From Girardia tigrina (Eukaryota), in NCBI GenBank assembly GCA_001938485.1, contig MQRK01193035.1, positions 27,862 through 91,861 on the forward strand: a stretch of 64,000 nucleotides of DNA, read 5' to 3'. The position numbers and the translations under genes were made by a program. Below are positions 62,201 to 64,000 of the stretch, piece after piece. How positions within the stretch are numbered: the stretch's first letter is position 1; the number at the start of each line of letters is the position of its first letter. Under the pieces are notes generated by a model. The model searched no databases. It saw only the letters and a program-made list of their open reading frames with translations, and was not told the DNA's origin.

Positions 62201-64000
62201 AGAATAAATAATTGTTATTAAATAATACTTTAAACACGCAATTATTTGTTTCTTGATTTGATGACAAACAATTTCAATAATAATTATAGTTTATTTGATT
62301 ATATTGTGGTCAAATAGTTCCGGATTCCATTATCAAACAGCATTGAAACATAACAAAGTTCTCACCTTACTGGTTGGTTATTTTGCCACTCCAATAGCTC
62401 GAGTTTTAAAATTGAAATTTCGACTCAAAATCGATCAAATTGTCGATTCAGAGTCGAAATCCAGGAATCAGAAGAGTCCCACTGATAATGGAATCTCATT
62501 TTACAATCTCAAATCAGCAAAAAATCCATATAATTCCGTCCAGGAAAATTTTTAGTCGATTTTAGTGGTCTCCGCGGTTTTCCACTTCTGAATCAAGAAT
62601 AGTATAAGCTTGGTTTTTCAAAAAAAGTATTTTTGTATATTACACCTGTTTATTAAAGTTTTATGATTTATAGTTTAAATTTATAGTTTAAAATTATAGT
62701 TTAAATAATTTACCTCAATCTTCATGATTGTTCATTATTATTAGCTTTCAGCATTTTTTTATAAATAGTACAATTTATTTAAAACATAAAATTAATTGAA
62801 AAGAATTAAAAAAAGTTAATTAGAAATTCATATAATCTTGACTTATTTTATTAAAAACAGAAATTTTATTAAATAAGAAATTGAATTATCAAAAATACAA
62901 ATTTTACTAATGTAATACAAATAAAATGTAACAAAAAATAAAAGGAAAAAAAATAGTAAAACATTATTCTCTACTTTTTGATATTCTATTACTTATTGAT
63001 ACATAAAAAAAGAATATTTTGGATCTAACAGATTAAATTATTTTTTTTAATTATTCTTTTAAGTCAGGTATAAAAAATAGTTTTTAAGCTAAAACGAATA
63101 TTTATTTTGTTAAATTACAAATAAGATACATAATATTAATCCAAAGAATGGAGATCAGTCGTAGAAAATGTTTTAAAAAATATATAAATTAATTAATTAA
63201 TTAATTTAAAAAAATAATATTTTATTACAAAATTAATTATGTTTAAATTAAATAAATGCATTAGAAAAAAGTTTTTCTTTTTTGTTTTTATTGAAAAATC
63301 TTTATTTTTTCTAGTGTTTTTTTTACTTAACACTGGATACTAAATTAGTATTATTTAATTATTTATATTAAATAAATATATTTGTACTTAGTATTCTTTG
63401 TTATTTATGTTTTAAGAGTTTCAATTTTTCCTTTCTTCGCTAAAGAAAATATAATTCCGGCATTTCGGATATCGAGTTGATAATAGCAATGGAAAATATT
63501 ATCTTAAATTTAAAGGTTTATTTTTTAATATTAAAATTTTCGTATTAATAAATAATCAGTTTTTTGACAAATTATGGTCTTTCAAATAGTTTTGGCTTGG
63601 ACATTTTTCTTTTTTAAGACATTAGGGTCGATAATTATTTATTTAGATATATTTGTTTTACTGTACATATTACAACATTTCATTGAGAAATATAATAAGT
63701 CATGTTGATATCAATTTTTAATTAACATTTATGATTCTTATAAATGTTTGAAAAATGACGACAAAAGATTTTTAAAAAACAATGTTCCTGAATTTGTTTA
63801 CAGAGATGATGACAAGTCTCTCTATCATAGGAGTCGGATGTAAATGGCATCACACCCATTACATTTATATTGATAAACTAAATTGGAACATAAACCAGTT
63901 GAAGAGATAGATTTATTACCAAAAAAAACTTCCTATCTTACATAATCTATCTTACAAGATCTTAAATTTAATAAATCACTTTCATCATGTTTCATAATAG

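Overview
Very AT-rich eukaryotic (animal-like) draft-assembly DNA with N gaps. It is mostly a transposon graveyard and has almost no intact host genes. DNA transposons: four mariner copies (three with both TIRs and TA TSDs), Tc1, IS630-like, maT-like and pogo fragments, several hAT remnants, non-autonomous Helitrons, and a decayed Polinton/Maverick (packaging ATPase, small hydrophobic ORF, integrase with chromodomain, AG..CT-type end). Retroelements: degenerate Ty3/Gypsy gag/pol pieces, two solo-LTR families with 5-bp TSDs, and Penelope-like elements (PLEs). Host-derived relics: an intronless DDI1 pseudogene, a probable MSH5 5' fragment, a C2H2 zinc-finger pseudogene and two 18S rRNA fragments. 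Most notable: (1) at least four intact minimal type I hammerhead ribozymes with palindromic stem III, two of them head-to-head on opposite strands inside one inverted repeat (about 38955-39225); (2) an intact 257-aa orphan ORF with tandem upstream hairpins, lying inside hAT termini; (3) LTR families with non-canonical TA..CA and TG..TA ends; (4) a probable endogenous CRESS-DNA-virus Rep fragment; (5) a pre-miRNA-like hairpin. All calls come from reading and translating by eye; boundaries of degraded elements are approximate.
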